A DNA stretch of 64,000 nucleotides from contig OZ242221.1 of NCBI GenBank assembly GCA_965206845.1, forward strand, positions 768,001-832,000, in the 5' to 3' direction. The position numbers and the translations under genes are program-made. Below are positions 39,050-50,535 of the stretch, piece after piece (position 1 is the first letter of the stretch; each line of letters opens with the position of its first letter). A model generated the notes under the pieces. The model had not been told where the DNA came from. It worked only from the letters and a program-made list of their open reading frames with translations, and searched no databases. This DNA comes from Cenarchaeum sp. GTDB lineage: Archaea > Thermoproteota > Nitrososphaeria > Nitrososphaerales > Nitrosopumilaceae.

Positions 39050-41148
39050 GTCCGGGGCTTCCAGCGCAGCTGGTTGTATACCAGCTCGGGCCTTATCTGC
39101 CTGAACGGCAAGCCGCCGCCGTCGTACCACTTTGTAAAGAACTCAAAGAGGTGAAGCCGGAGGGACTGGATGTAGACTATCAGCCCCTCGATCATCATGA
39201 TACCTATGTTTCCACCTATGATCATTACCCAGGCACCTATGGATGCGGCACCGCCAAGCGATACGTACACGTTGTTTACCGTGAGCAGCAGGGCCGCGTG
39301 CACCAGCAGCATGATCCCAATCCGGGCATAGCTTATGGTGTGCGCTAGGGACTCCACCGTCTTTCCAAGCAGGACCTCCATGACGACGGTTGCCACACTG
39401 CCCCCCTCCTCGGGATGCTTCTTTACGTGCATCATTCCGCCGACCATCATAACCGCTATGGACGCGAGCACGATTACCACCGCAATTCTTGTTACAATCC
39501 ACACCTGGGCCCACTCTCCCAGAAATATGGTGACCCACGGCACCGGCTCTGTGTGAACCCGTGAGTACATGTTTATCACGTCGTACTGTGATCCTATCGC
39601 GCACATCATAATGACCACGATTCCACCATACAGGGTAACGTTTGGAAGGGCCTCCAGGTACAACGCAATCTTGTGGCCTGCCTGGATCAGCTTCCTTATG
39701 CGGAGCGCCATGGCCCACAACAGGTGAACTATTCCCAAGAACAGGGATACCTTGAGTATGTCTATTACCTGCTCGAAGGTGAGCTCGGCCACGGTGAGGG
39801 ATCCCACTAGCCACGAGACGGAGTACAGCGGTCCGCCCTTCGCCAGCAGAGTCCCAAATGGCTCAAAGTGGTCTATGTGGAATCCAAACATCTCGCCGGT
39901 GCCGACGCCCGCTATGGTAGCGGCGCCGCCGGATATTGCAAGCAGCATGCCCCAGCGCGACAGGGTTCCCTGTCCCTTTACCTTGAGCAGCAGCCCCAGT
40001 CCCATCAGCAGCAGCCCATGACCCAGATCTGCAAACATTATGCCGTAGAAGATGGGCCACATCAGCGCAATCATCGGGGTGGGATCCGACTCTTTTTTGC
40101 AGGGGATTCCCTGGCTCTGGGTGATTACCTCAAACGTCCTGATGAACCTCTTATTCTGAAACAGTGTCGGAGACTGCTCCACCAGTTTGGGATCCGTAAC
40201 ATCCTCCACCACGGACATCCACCTCCCCATGATATCCTTGAACCGCTTCTCCATGTTTGCCGGTATGAACCCCTGAATTACTGCAAAGTGCCTGGTGCCT
40301 CCTGGTTTTCTCACAGACTCCAGAATGTCCTTTGCCATCCTGGCTGACTCGTGAATGACCATAATGTCTCGCCGGATCTTCTTCTTCACGGAGGAGATCT
40401 CCTTTTCCAGTGAGGATTGTTTGGATGCCAGCTCCTTGATCTTTGACTCTGCCAGCGCGTGTGCCTCGCTGGGAACCTGCGGGAAGCCTTCGGGTATGCC
40501 AAATGGGTTGGAGTTAAAGCTCCGCATTGTCTTGAGGATCCTGTCTGCATCAGCAGCATCAGAGATTACCAGCACCGCTGCCCGCTCCTTTCCCTCCAGC
40601 TCGTACTTTGTAATTGTGGCACCGTCTAGGGATCGCTCTATCTCTGCATAGTCTGTGGTGTTGATTACAAACAGGTTGGTGTAAAAGTATCTCATCAGTC
40701 CAAATCCCGCAACGCTCATCTTCAGTCTCTTGACAACATCCAAGGTGTCCTTCAGGGAGCGGTACTCGTCTAGGGATCTCCTTGTGTCGTCTAGGTCCGA
40801 CAGCAATGCAGAGGGCCGGTCTATTACTTGGGGCGCCCGGCTACCCATGTCCCTAACCAGCGAGGCGATCTCGTCTATCTCATAGTCCTTCTTTTTGATG
40901 GTGGTACCCTTGAAGAGAATCTCCAGTATCCCCACCAGGGGTGGCACCCCAAGTCCCTTTACAACGTCGTCTACCGACTGGAAGAGCTTCTGGGCATCCA
41001 GCATCAGATCATCAATCTCCGGTGTCAGCTGATCGCTGTCCGTATCCACCTTGTGGAACCACTCGAACTCGGCAAGGCGGGATACAGCCTGCGGCGATTC
41101 TCCCCTTGGAAGAATCACACTTGCCAGTTTCAGATCTGCTACTACCAA
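39046..41148 (-). CDS. atpI: A/V-type ATP synthase subunit I
   Basis: DPTP, FYGIMFADLGHG, ISYARI and LRLHLFEFF motifs. Confidence 0.93.
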   Translation of the reverse strand: MVVADLKLASVILPRGESPQAVSRLAEFEWFHKVDTDSDQLTPEIDDLMLDAQKLFQSVDDVVKGLGVPPLVGILEILFKGTTIKKKDYEIDEIASLVRDMGSRAPQVIDRPSALLSDLDDTRRSLDEYRSLKDTLDVVKRLKMSVAGFGLMRYFYTNLFVINTTDYAEIERSLDGATITKYELEGKERAAVLVISDAADADRILKTMRSFNSNPFGIPEGFPQVPSEAHALAESKIKELASKQSSLEKEISSVKKKIRRDIMVIHESARMAKDILESVRKPGGTRHFAVIQGFIPANMEKRFKDIMGRWMSVVEDVTDPKLVEQSPTLFQNKRFIRTFEVITQSQGIPCKKESDPTPMIALMWPIFYGIMFADLGHGLLLMGLGLLLKVKGQGTLSRWGMLLAISGGAATIAGVGTGEMFGFHIDHFEPFGTLLAKGGPLYSVSWLVGSLTVAELTFEQVIDILKVSLFLGIVHLLWAMALRIRKLIQAGHKIALYLEALPNVTLYGGIVVIMMCAIGSQYDVINMYSRVHTEPVPWVTIFLGEWAQVWIVTRIAVVIVLASIAVMMVGGMMHVKKHPEEGGSVATVVMEVLLGKTVESLAHTISYARIGIMLLVHAALLLTVNNVYVSLGGAASIGAWVMIIGGNIGIMMIEGLIVYIQSLRLHLFEFFTKWYDGGGLPFRQIRPELVYNQLRWKPRT

Positions 41149-41466
41149 GACACCCCACGGGAATTTTTCTGGTTTTTAATATCTTTCTCACAGCCCGCTC
41201 CTGCGCGCTGCCGGGACTTGGCCGTGGTCCCCATGTTTTGCATGGCCGTTGATCCGCGCCGGTCTCGCAGGCATGGCCGCCCCAACCGGCAGTCCGGGCA
41301 GCCGTGACAAGTCTCTCCCTTACTGGCGGTCACCTAGAAGACAGGAATCCTTCCGGCATCATTTCCGGCATGTGACGCCACAGGCCCGCCGGAAGGCCGC
41401 GGGTTCCTTAGGCAGATGATCATCTGCCCAATGCGGCACGGATTTTCCAAACATTAAAATCCATTA

Positions 41467-42084
41467 TTGATATTCCGAAACCCGTTGACATCCGATCCAG
41501 CTCTGGAGAGAACTATCGACAAAATTCTCAATCACACGAAAGATGAAATTCTCTCAGGCCTCAAGACATCCTTGGAAGAGTCCCACGGCACCTTGGACGA
41601 CTCGCTTCCCAGACTGGAACACGAGTACGAGAAGATGATCAGCGATGGAAGAAAGGAGGCCGACAAGCTGGAGAAGCAGCTGGTGGGAAGCTCGGATCTG
41701 GAGGCGCGAAACAGACAGCTTGTGTTGGTAGAGGAGTCAGTTGAGAGGGTGTTTGCGGACGCCATAAAAAAGATACGCAACGCCAAACGGGATGCCGCAT
41801 ACGCCGGCATGATATCTGGCATGCTGGATGAGTCCACAAAGGTTTTGAGAACCCCGCAGATTATGGTCTTTACCAGCACGCAGGACAATGGAATAGTAAA
41901 GAAGCTACTCTCAAAGAGTACCGATGCAGAGCTGGCACCGGACAGCATCGAGTGCATGGGCGGGATAATAGTCAAGTCCAAGGATGGAATCATGACCTTT
42001 GATAGTACAGTAGACGCAAAGTTGGAGAGAATGAAGCCTTTAATTAGGAAAAAAATTGCAACCAAGTTCGGAATAGGTAGTTGA
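41467..42084 (+). CDS. atpE: A/V-type ATP synthase subunit E
   Basis: [15 protein letters not shown]-terminus; directly upstream of atpA. Confidence 0.85.
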   Translation: MIFRNPLTSDPALERTIDKILNHTKDEILSGLKTSLEESHGTLDDSLPRLEHEYEKMISDGRKEADKLEKQLVGSSDLEARNRQLVLVEESVERVFADAIKKIRNAKRDAAYAGMISGMLDESTKVLRTPQIMVFTSTQDNGIVKKLLSKSTDAELAPDSIECMGGIIVKSKDGIMTFDSTVDAKLERMKPLIRKKIATKFGIGS

Positions 42085-42085
42085 T

Positions 42086-43864
42086 ATGGCAGTAGAAGGA
42101 AGAATAGTATGGGTTAGCGGTCCTGCAGTGAGGGCAGACGGAATGGCCGCGGCAAAGATGTACGAGACCGTCACGGTGGGCAATGCCAAGCTGATAGGCG
42201 AAGTAATCCGCCTTACCGGAGATGTGGCATTCATACAGGTGTACGAGTCCACCAGCGGACTCACGCCGGGCGAACCGGTTGTGGGCACTGGAAACCCACT
42301 ATCCGTACTTTTGGGACCCGGAATCATTGGTCAGATTTATGACGGCATACAGAGACCCCTCAAGGAGCTCTCAAAGAAGTCCGGCTCTTTTATCGGCAGA
42401 GGGATCGTTACCACTCCGGTGGATATGACCAAAAAGTATCACTTTATACCCACAGCATCGGTGGGCGACTCGATCGAATCGGGAAACATAATCGGTACCG
42501 TCAAGGAGACCGATCTGATCGATCATGGAATAATGGTGCCCCCGAACCACCCCGGCGGCAAGATCACCGACATCGTCTCCGAGGGCGACTACGACCTCGA
42601 GACCGAGATTGCAACAGTAGAGAAGGACGGCCAAAAGTCTCCCCTCAAGATGTACCACAGGTGGCCTGTACGAACCCCCCGGCCCTACAAGGCCCGGTAC
42701 GATCCAACGGTACCGCTACTCACGGGCCAGCGGGTCATCGATACCTTCTTTCCCATCGCAAAGGGAGGCACGGGCTCGATTCCTGGCGCCTTTGGAACGG
42801 GCAAGACAGTCACGCTACACCAGATTGCAAAATGGGCCGACTCTCAAGTGGTAGTCTACATCGGCTGCGGCGAGAGGGGAAACGAGATGACAGAGGTGCT
42901 AGTGGAGTTCCCGCACCTCAAGGACCCGCGAACCGGCAAGCCGCTGATGGACAGGACAGTCCTGGTGGCAAACACAAGCAACATGCCTGTGGCAGCCAGG
43001 GAGGCCAGCATATACACGGGAGTCACCATAGCCGAGTACTATCGCGACATGGGAAAGGATGTCGTGCTTGTGGCAGACTCTACCAGCCGGTGGGCCGAGG
43101 CTCTCCGCGAGATGAGCGGAAGGTTGGAGGAGATGCCCGCAGAGGAGGGATACCCGTCATATCTGGCATCCCGACTGGCAGAGTTCTACGAGAGGGCCGG
43201 CCGCGTGAAGGCACAGGGAAGCCCCCAGCGTGACGGCTCGGTTACCCTGGTGGGCGCAGTATCGCCGTCCGGTGGCGACTTTACCGAGCCCGTAACAACG
43301 CACACCATGAGATTCATCAAGACCTTCTGGGCGCTGGATGCCAAGCTGGCGTACTCGAGGCACTATCCATCCATCAACTGGATGAACAGCTACTCTGGAT
43401 ATCTGGCAGATGTCGCAAAGTGGTGGAGCAAGAACATCGGCGAGGACTGGCTGGCCCTTCGAAGCGAGGTTTACGGCGTGCTTCAGAGGGAGGATACCCT
43501 GAAGGAGATAGTGCGGCTGCTGGGACCAGAGGCGCTGCCAGACGAGGAGAAGCTGATACTGGAGGTTGCAAGAATGATCAAGATAGGCATCCTGCAGCAG
43601 AACTCGTTTGATGACGTAGACACCTACTGCAGTCCTGAAAAGCAGTATCGCTTGCTGGAGATGCAAGTCGAGTTCTACAGGCGCGGACAGCAGGTGCTCA
43701 AGGAGGGAGCCACGCTAGTGGATATCCGGGCAATGCCCATAATCTCATCAATACTAAAGGCCAGAATGAGTATCAAGGATGACGAGATGCCCAAGTTTGC
43801 CACACTGTTAAAGGATATGGACGAGCAGTTCAAGAGTATCAAGGGGGTAAAGGTCTCAAGTTGA
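42086..43864 (+). CDS. atpA: A/V-type ATP synthase subunit A
   Basis: [16 protein letters not shown] and [10 protein letters not shown] motifs; no intein. Confidence 0.97.
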   Translation: MAVEGRIVWVSGPAVRADGMAAAKMYETVTVGNAKLIGEVIRLTGDVAFIQVYESTSGLTPGEPVVGTGNPLSVLLGPGIIGQIYDGIQRPLKELSKKSGSFIGRGIVTTPVDMTKKYHFIPTASVGDSIESGNIIGTVKETDLIDHGIMVPPNHPGGKITDIVSEGDYDLETEIATVEKDGQKSPLKMYHRWPVRTPRPYKARYDPTVPLLTGQRVIDTFFPIAKGGTGSIPGAFGTGKTVTLHQIAKWADSQVVVYIGCGERGNEMTEVLVEFPHLKDPRTGKPLMDRTVLVANTSNMPVAAREASIYTGVTIAEYYRDMGKDVVLVADSTSRWAEALREMSGRLEEMPAEEGYPSYLASRLAEFYERAGRVKAQGSPQRDGSVTLVGAVSPSGGDFTEPVTTHTMRFIKTFWALDAKLAYSRHYPSINWMNSYSGYLADVAKWWSKNIGEDWLALRSEVYGVLQREDTLKEIVRLLGPEALPDEEKLILEVARMIKIGILQQNSFDDVDTYCSPEKQYRLLEMQVEFYRRGQQVLKEGATLVDIRAMPIISSILKARMSIKDDEMPKFATLLKDMDEQFKSIKGVKVSS

Positions 43865-45246
43865 GCGTCAAGGGAGGGGTCCAGTACAGCAAGATCGCCG
43901 AGATCAAGGGGCCGCTGGTAATAGTAGACGATGTGGAGAACGCCGCCTTTGACGAGCTGGTGGAGATCGAGACAACCGAAGGCCAGAAGAGGCTGGGCAA
44001 AGTACTCGAGGTCGGAAATGGCAAAGCCGTAGTGCAGGTCTTTGAGGGAACCACGGGACTGTCCATCTCAGGCACCAACGCAAAGTTTGTCGGCAAGGTA
44101 ATGGAGATGCCCGTCTCCCGTGAGGTGCTGGGCAGGGTCTTTGACGGACTTGGCAGACCAAAGGACAACCTGCCGGATCCGATTGCAGACAAGTTCGTAG
44201 ATATCAACGGCGAGCCCATGAACCCGGAGCAGAGAGAGTACCCCAAGGACTTTATCCAGACCGGCGTCTCTGTCATAGACGGCATGATCACCCTGGTTCG
44301 CGGCCAGAAGCTTCCCATCTTCTCCGGCTCCGGAATGTCACACAACATACTGGCAGCCCAGATAGCAAGACAGGCATCAGTAGTCGGCACCAAGGATGAC
44401 TTTGCGGTAGTCTTTGCGGCCATCGGCGTGCAGTACAGCGAGGCCGAGTACTTTAGGAAGAGCCTGGAGGAATCAGGTGCCCTGAAGAGAAGCGTGCTGT
44501 TCTTGAATCTGGCCGACGATCCCGCCATCGAGAGAATAATCACGCCCAGGGTGGCGCTGACGGTGGCCGAGTACCTGGCCTTTGATCTTGGAATACATGT
44601 CCTCGTCATACTTACCGATATGACAAACTACGCAGAGGCGCTAAGGGAGATCAGTGCTGCCCGTGAGGAGGTGCCTGGAAGAAAGGGCTATCCGGGCTAT
44701 CTGTACACCGACCTCTCCACCGTATACGAGAGGGCAGGCAAGCTGGTGGGAAGAAAGGGAAGCGTGACCCAGGTGCCCATTCTATCCATGCCGTCTGACG
44801 ACATTACGCACCCGATACCGGATCTTACCGGCTATATCACCGAGGGCCAGATAGTCCTGGGCAGGGATCTCTTCAGGCAGGGCATATACCCACCGGTAAA
44901 CATCCTGATGAGCCTCAGCAGGCTGATGAAGGACGGGATCGGCAAGGGCAGAACCCGGGAGGATCACGGCGAGATCTCCAATCAGAATTACGACGCATAC
45001 TCAAGAGCCCAGGAGGTGAGGGCCCTGGCAGGAATCGTGGGAAAGGCAGGACTGACCGACATAGACCTCAAGTACATGAATGTCGGAGACGGATTCGAGA
45101 AGAGCTTCCTCTCACAGGCAACAGACGAGAACCGAACCATCGAGGAGACGCTCAAGATACTGTGGGGCATAGTCTCCAAGCTGCCCAAGAACGAGATCAC
45201 CAAGGTAAAAGACAAGTACATAGAGCAGTACTACGGGAAAAGTTAG
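43861..45246 (+). CDS. atpB: A/V-type ATP synthase subunit B
   Basis: [19 protein letters not shown] and [18 protein letters not shown] motifs. Confidence 0.97.
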   Translation: MSVKGGVQYSKIAEIKGPLVIVDDVENAAFDELVEIETTEGQKRLGKVLEVGNGKAVVQVFEGTTGLSISGTNAKFVGKVMEMPVSREVLGRVFDGLGRPKDNLPDPIADKFVDINGEPMNPEQREYPKDFIQTGVSVIDGMITLVRGQKLPIFSGSGMSHNILAAQIARQASVVGTKDDFAVVFAAIGVQYSEAEYFRKSLEESGALKRSVLFLNLADDPAIERIITPRVALTVAEYLAFDLGIHVLVILTDMTNYAEALREISAAREEVPGRKGYPGYLYTDLSTVYERAGKLVGRKGSVTQVPILSMPSDDITHPIPDLTGYITEGQIVLGRDLFRQGIYPPVNILMSLSRLMKDGIGKGRTREDHGEISNQNYDAYSRAQEVRALAGIVGKAGLTDIDLKYMNVGDGFEKSFLSQATDENRTIEETLKILWGIVSKLPKNEITKVKDKYIEQYYGKS

Positions 45247-45250
45247 CCTC

Positions 45251-45886
45251 ATGTCTTTTGGACAGAATGTAGCTGCGACAAAGATCGAGCTCCTAAAGTA
45301 CAAGCGCTCAAGCCAGGTGGCCACCATGGTCCAGAAGATCCTCGACGACAAGCGCAAGGTGCTCCTGAAGAACATCGAGGAGATGATAGAGGAGGCCTCA
45401 AAGGCCAGGGGCGGAATCTGGGATCCGCTGCAGGACATCTACAGATCCGTCAGCGAGGCGTACCTGCTACTGGGAACATCCACCGTCGACTCGGTGGCCC
45501 AGATGACGCCCGCGGTGATGGAGGTGGATGTAAGCATAAAGAGGGTGGTGGATGTCAAGATACCGGCGCTCAACGTTACAGAGAAGGACACAAAGGCCAT
45601 GCCCTACGGATTTGCCGACACAAACTCGTCAATAGACAGGGCGGCAAGGCAGATCAAGGTGCTGCTGCCGCGAATATGCAAGGCAGCCGAGTACGAGAAC
45701 TCGATATTCAGTCTGGCAAAGGCCCTGGAGAAGACCCAAAAGCTCCTCAACGCTCTGGAGAATGTGATCATACCGCAGTACCACCAGAGAATCAAGTTTA
45801 TTCTTGCCACCCTGGAGGAGAGGGAGCGGGAGGAATTCGTAAAACTAAAAAAAGTCAAGGCTGCAATGGAGAAGAGGAAGCAATGA
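45251..45886 (+). CDS. atpD: A/V-type ATP synthase subunit D
   Basis: TKIEL, NALENVIIP and LEEREREEF motifs. Confidence 0.93.
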   Translation: MSFGQNVAATKIELLKYKRSSQVATMVQKILDDKRKVLLKNIEEMIEEASKARGGIWDPLQDIYRSVSEAYLLLGTSTVDSVAQMTPAVMEVDVSIKRVVDVKIPALNVTEKDTKAMPYGFADTNSSIDRAARQIKVLLPRICKAAEYENSIFSLAKALEKTQKLLNALENVIIPQYHQRIKFILATLEEREREEFVKLKKVKAAMEKRKQ

Positions 45887-46014
45887 CAAAAAAAAGCATC
45901 AAGAAACTGGTGGATGGCTCAAAGTCGTCTCTGAGTGAGAGTTTTGACAAATTCTCAAAGAACGTAGGGAAAGATCTGGCAGGCATCAAAAAGAAGACCC
46001 TGAAGAGCATCTGA
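45883..46014 (+). CDS. Small basic protein (43 aa) coupled to atpD
   Basis: ATGA overlap with the atpD stop; MTKKSIKKLVDGSKSSLSESFDKF... Confidence 0.5.
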   Translation: MTKKSIKKLVDGSKSSLSESFDKFSKNVGKDLAGIKKKTLKSI

Positions 46015-46257
46015 AGGCGTCTGCAGATCCTAGCTCTGCCCGGAGTGTTGTAGGATGCAGATCGCAGCACCCGGATGGTTCTGGCAGCAGGCCAGCTATA
46101 GCAGAGCCTTGGGATAGCGGCAGGCCCCCCACCGATCCATGGGTACGGCGGGGACTTGTGCAAAGCAGGGCGCAAAGGCCCGCATGGGCGCACATGTTCC
46201 CGTGCCGGGACTTGTTATCATGATTTAAATATGGAATTTGAAGAGCAAGAATCGATA

Positions 46258-46563
46258 ATGAAGACTATCACGCTGGCACTACTGGCTGCAGCAGTAATCA
46301 GCATCTCAAGTGTTACCGGCATGGCGTACGCACAAGAAGGCGCGCAGGGCAGCTCCGATTCACTGAGGTTGGTTGGAGCCGGCCTTGCATTTGGTCTTGC
46401 GGCAGGTGGTGCAGGCATCGGCTTGGGTCATGTAGGGGCAGCCGGCCTTGCAGTCATAAGTGAGAACCCCGCGCTACAGTCAAAAGTATTCATATTCGTG
46501 GGCATGGTAGAGTCAATCGCCATCTACGGCATAGTAATGATGTTCATCATTCTGGGCCAATAA
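46258..46563 (+). CDS. atpK: ATP synthase proteolipid subunit c/K with signal-like N-terminus
   Basis: GAGIGLG, ENP and conserved ion-binding Glu in VESIAIYG; N-terminal AYA|Q signal-peptide-like segment. Confidence 0.9.
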   Translation: MKTITLALLAAAVISISSVTGMAYAQEGAQGSSDSLRLVGAGLAFGLAAGGAGIGLGHVGAAGLAVISENPALQSKVFIFVGMVESIAIYGIVMMFIILGQ

Positions 46564-46583
46564 GCCACACACGATCTTTATTT

Positions 46584-47045
46584 TTAATTATATTCCAGCT
46601 GGCTTACGTCCAGCGTGCGTCGGCAGTACCTGCACTTGAGGATCACACCCTCCCTGTCCACCACATCCATCACGGATTCGATGTGCTCCCGGCTGTTTGT
46701 GATGCAGCCAGGGTTCGAGCACCGGAATATGCGGCCTATCTCGTTTGGCAGCGATACCCTGCGCTTCTCCACAAGCTTGTAGTTCTTGATGATGTTGACC
46801 GTGGCCGAGGGCGCGATTATCGCAAGCTTGTTGGTGTCGTCGCCTTGGAGAAACATGTTCTCGACCTTTATGATGTCCTTCTTTTTGAACTTCCCGCTGG
46901 GCACGTTGAGCGCAACGGTGATCAGGCTGCCGTCCAGGCCGTCAACGCCCAGCGCGTCCAGTACCTGAAGGCCCCTGCTCGCATCTATGTGATCGATCAC
47001 GGTACCATCGCGAATCCTCCTGACTATCAGCTCCGACTCCTGCAT
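46584..47045 (-). CDS. pyrI: Aspartate carbamoyltransferase regulatory subunit
   Basis: GTVIDHI, KDIIKVE, CSNPGCIT and CRYC motifs. Confidence 0.95.
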   Translation of the reverse strand: MQESELIVRRIRDGTVIDHIDASRGLQVLDALGVDGLDGSLITVALNVPSGKFKKKDIIKVENMFLQGDDTNKLAIIAPSATVNIIKNYKLVEKRRVSLPNEIGRIFRCSNPGCITNSREHIESVMDVVDREGVILKCRYCRRTLDVSQLEYN

Positions 47046-47086
47046 CAGCATAATTTGTATATTGTACTGGTATATATCCATGGGAT

Positions 47087-48016
47087 ATGGAGGAGTTTTT
47101 TCAGGAGGACGTGATCTCGATCCGGGACATGGACAGTGAAAAGCTGGAGAGGATCTTTGGTGCCACCGAGAAGATCCTGCGGATGCCGCCGGACTCGCGC
47201 CGGAAGATTACCCTGGGAAGGACACTGGGCTACCTGTTCTTTGAGCCAAGCACTAGGACGCGGCTGAGCTTTCAGGCCGCAATGGCAGCCACCGGCGGCA
47301 CGTCCCTGGGAATCGCCGATGTGACGTCATCGTCTACCCAGAAGGGCGAGAGCCTCGCAGATACGGTGAAGATCATGTCCATCTACTCTGATGTCCTCGT
47401 CCTGCGGCATCCAAGTGACGGCTCCAGCAGGTTTGCCGCCGAGGTCTCAGACAAGCCGGTCATAAACGGGGGAAGCGGCACCGAAGAGCACCCCACCCAG
47501 GCAATCCAGGATCTGTTTACCATCAAGAGGGAGAAGGGCAAGATCGACGGGCTGAACATCGGCATAGTGGGAGATCTCAAGTACGGAAGGACGGTCTACT
47601 CGCTGCTGTACGGGTTGGGAAACTATGACGTCAAGGTGCATCTGATATCCCCAGATTCGCTGCGAATCCGCTCCGACTCTGTCTATGAGATCAAAAAGCG
47701 GCTCTCGTTTACCGAGTCTGCCAGCCTGGAGGACGTGATCGACGATCTTGATGTGGTGTACGTTACAAGAATACAGAAGGAGCGGTTTCCCGACGAGGAG
47801 GAGTACCTCAAGGTCAGGGGGAGCTATGTGATCGGCCTAGACATGGTGAAGAGGATGAAGAGCGGTGCCATAATCATGCACCCGCTGCCTAGGCTTGATG
47901 AGATCTCCGCAGACATCGACCGCTCCCGGAACGCCAAGTACTTCAAGCAGGCAGAGTACGGCAAGTACACCAGGGCCGCCCTGCTGGGGCTGATCCTAAA
48001 CAAGAACGGCTTTTAG
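47087..48016 (+). CDS. pyrB: Aspartate carbamoyltransferase catalytic subunit
   Basis: FFEPSTRTRLSF, HPTQ, RIQKER and HPLPR motifs. Confidence 0.97.
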   Translation: MEEFFQEDVISIRDMDSEKLERIFGATEKILRMPPDSRRKITLGRTLGYLFFEPSTRTRLSFQAAMAATGGTSLGIADVTSSSTQKGESLADTVKIMSIYSDVLVLRHPSDGSSRFAAEVSDKPVINGGSGTEEHPTQAIQDLFTIKREKGKIDGLNIGIVGDLKYGRTVYSLLYGLGNYDVKVHLISPDSLRIRSDSVYEIKKRLSFTESASLEDVIDDLDVVYVTRIQKERFPDEEEYLKVRGSYVIGLDMVKRMKSGAIIMHPLPRLDEISADIDRSRNAKYFKQAEYGKYTRAALLGLILNKNGF

Positions 48017-48086
48017 GGCGCGGCCCTGCCGGCACAAAGGGCGCTCCCGCTGCAGTGCGTACAGGAGCTGCGACGCGCGCAGGACT

Positions 48087-48800
48087 TTAGGTGATAAACA
48101 TCCTCGAGTCCATCTTTTCGTGCCTCATCTGGCATATGTCAAGGTGTGGTGAGAACTGCCAGATCTCAGATGCCGGAACGTCCATGCTCTCTCGAATTGC
48201 CCCGATGACTTCTGGCTTGAGCTCGTGGATGATCTCCTGCCCCTCAAGGTGCTGGATTACCCCCAGGCGCAGCGCGGCCCCCACCACGCTGACGACGAAG
48301 CCATAAAGAAACGAGAGTGCGGCCCTCTCCCGGTCTATTCCCAAGGCATGCGAGCACACCCCAAACGCGACAGGGTACGTGCACGGGGTGGAGCCGCCCC
48401 TGACGGCCTCAAGGAACTCTGACAGAACGCCATCCCCGGCAAACCGGTGCACGGTCTTTGACAGCTGGGTGCCCGAGCTGCACGATACCTCCCTGGCCTC
48501 CCTGACCGCCTTTATGGCAAACACCGTCTCGTCCACCTCCAGAATCGACTCCAGGTCGTGCCTTTCCGCAAGGCCGACCACGTTTGCCAGCGCAACGCAG
48601 TCACAGGGACCGAGCTGCTGCGCGATCTGGGCCGAGATGAACTCCACCAGGTCCTCCTTTGAGACCGGCCCCTCCACAAGCAGCGTCTCAAGACCGCTGG
48701 ATGTGGAGTACAGGCCGGTGGGGAAGAAGGAATCAGATACCTGAAGCACTCCAAGATCCCGGAGCATCTCGTCTGCCTTCATACACACATACTCTGGCAT
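48087..48800 (-). CDS. ureF: Urease accessory protein UreF-like
   Basis: LQVSDSFFPTG.Y..S.GLE, AALRL and C-terminal HE....RMF motifs. Confidence 0.88.
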   Translation of the reverse strand: MPEYVCMKADEMLRDLGVLQVSDSFFPTGLYSTSSGLETLLVEGPVSKEDLVEFISAQIAQQLGPCDCVALANVVGLAERHDLESILEVDETVFAIKAVREAREVSCSSGTQLSKTVHRFAGDGVLSEFLEAVRGGSTPCTYPVAFGVCSHALGIDRERAALSFLYGFVVSVVGAALRLGVIQHLEGQEIIHELKPEVIGAIRESMDVPASEIWQFSPHLDICQMRHEKMDSRMFIT

Positions 48801-48855
48801 TGGGCTCAAAAACCTTGTCCCGGACCGTCCCAGGCGGCCTGATTCGTGCACACCA

Positions 48856-50535
48856 TCAGTAGTAGTGGTGCATCTGCCGCTGCTCCAGCCCCTCCTGCTC
48901 CCAGTGGTTGTGGTTTCTTCCGGGCTCCTTGTGGGCGTGAACGGTCCCATCGATGTGGCAGTGCGTATTGTCGATCAGATCCTTCACAAAGACGTCATCC
49001 ACGTTCAGGATCATGTTGGCTGCCTCGACGGCAGTCTTGACAACCTGCTGCTTTACGGCCAGCGACTCGACCACGGTGCCGGCCACGTCGTCCAGCTCCC
49101 TGGTGCCTGCGTTTACGCCGTACCAGCAGCCGTTGCCGGCTACCGCATACATTGATCTCATCGCGGGCAGCGCATCAAGCGCGCTCATCCCCAGATTGCG
49201 CGCAAGCGTCATCGGAATCTCTTCCAAGGCGTCGGCGAACCGCTCTACCACCACCTGCTCCTTTCCCTCCAGGCATGGGGCCCGCTCCCTGATCTTTTTT
49301 GCCATGATCGCCTCGCAGGATCCGCCTCCATACACTATGAACGGGGACTCGATAAAGTTTCGGAGCACGCAGATGGCATTCAGGGCGGTGCGGTGGAACT
49401 CGTCCAGATGGCGCTTGGAGCCTGCCCGCAGGAGGATCGTAACCGATCCTGGATCTTCGGACTCGACAAACACCATCCTGTCGCCGCCGACGCTCTCCTC
49501 GTGGACCCTGCCTGCGAATCCCAGCTCGCCACCAGAGATGCCCTCAACGCTCCTGCAGACCTTGGCTCCGGTCGACTTTTCCAGCCACCACAGATCATTG
49601 TACTTGGCCCTGCGAACAGACATGATCCCCTCCCGCGCGAGGCGCTCTTGGGCCAGCCCGCTGATCCCCTTTCTTGACACCACCAGTCCGGCCCCGGAGT
49701 CAACGACCTTTTTGACGGTCGCAAGGACGTCGAGATCCTCCTGTGTGGCAAACCGGCCCATCTGCTCTGGGGATGTTATCTCGATCTCAGACTCGGCCTT
49801 GGTTCGCATCGTCTCAAGCGGGTCGTTTAGCAGGAGGACCTTCACGTTGCCGACGGTGCGCGGCATCTCCGGGTTGTCTGCCGGCTTGTCGATCACCGTT
49901 CCCCTCACCAGCCGAATGTCGGCAGGATCTCCTGGCTTCTCCTCGATCTTTATGTCGTCCGTATTGACCGTCCCGCGCTCAAGATCGGCTACCTGGCATA
50001 CCGCGTCGATGAACACGTCTGCCATACGGCCGTCGGGCAGAGCATCAAACAGCGCCTTACCCTCAAGGCATGAGACTGCAAGGCTGCGCATCATCGCCCT
50101 GTCCCCGGCATCGGCCTCGATCCTGATCTCGTCCAGTGCCTCCAGCGCGTATTTCATGCCCTCCTCAAAACCCCTTGTGATAACCGCGGTTGGAAACCCC
50201 CTGCCGAGCAGCTCCTTTGACTGCCTGAGCATGGCGCCCATCAGAACCGCGACCGAGATGGTGCCGTCGCCAACGTGCGTGTCCACGGTGTTGACCGCAT
50301 CCACCACCGCCTTTGCAGCAGGATGGTCAACGTCCAGCTTTCGCAGGAATGCCCCCCCGTGCTTTGTTACGGTCGCCTCGCCAAGTATGTCTATGTACAC
50401 CTTCTCCATCCCCCGCGGTCCCAGCGAGGTCTTGATCACGTCCGTTACGAGTATGCCGGCGACCACATTGTACGTCTGCGAGTCACGTCTTCCGATGCGG
50501 GAGAGGTCGGGGTTGAATATATCCGGATATTTCAT
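48856..50535 (-). CDS. Divergent group II chaperonin (thermosome-like) with His-rich C-terminus
   Basis: TSLGPRGM, VGDGTIS, GGG..E and FADALEEIP..LA.N motifs; tail HCHIDGTVHAH...HNH...HH. Confidence 0.88.
   Translation of the reverse strand: MKYPDIFNPDLSRIGRRDSQTYNVVAGILVTDVIKTSLGPRGMEKVYIDILGEATVTKHGGAFLRKLDVDHPAAKAVVDAVNTVDTHVGDGTISVAVLMGAMLRQSKELLGRGFPTAVITRGFEEGMKYALEALDEIRIEADAGDRAMMRSLAVSCLEGKALFDALPDGRMADVFIDAVCQVADLERGTVNTDDIKIEEKPGDPADIRLVRGTVIDKPADNPEMPRTVGNVKVLLLNDPLETMRTKAESEIEITSPEQMGRFATQEDLDVLATVKKVVDSGAGLVVSRKGISGLAQERLAREGIMSVRRAKYNDLWWLEKSTGAKVCRSVEGISGGELGFAGRVHEESVGGDRMVFVESEDPGSVTILLRAGSKRHLDEFHRTALNAICVLRNFIESPFIVYGGGSCEAIMAKKIRERAPCLEGKEQVVVERFADALEEIPMTLARNLGMSALDALPAMRSMYAVAGNGCWYGVNAGTRELDDVAGTVVESLAVKQQVVKTAVEAANMILNVDDVFVKDLIDNTHCHIDGTVHAHKEPGRNHNHWEQEGLEQRQMHHYY

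Noticed and set aside
41150-41460. Hidden atpF or a repeat element between atpI and atpE
   Set aside because: No suitable ORF and only weak GC-rich palindromes.
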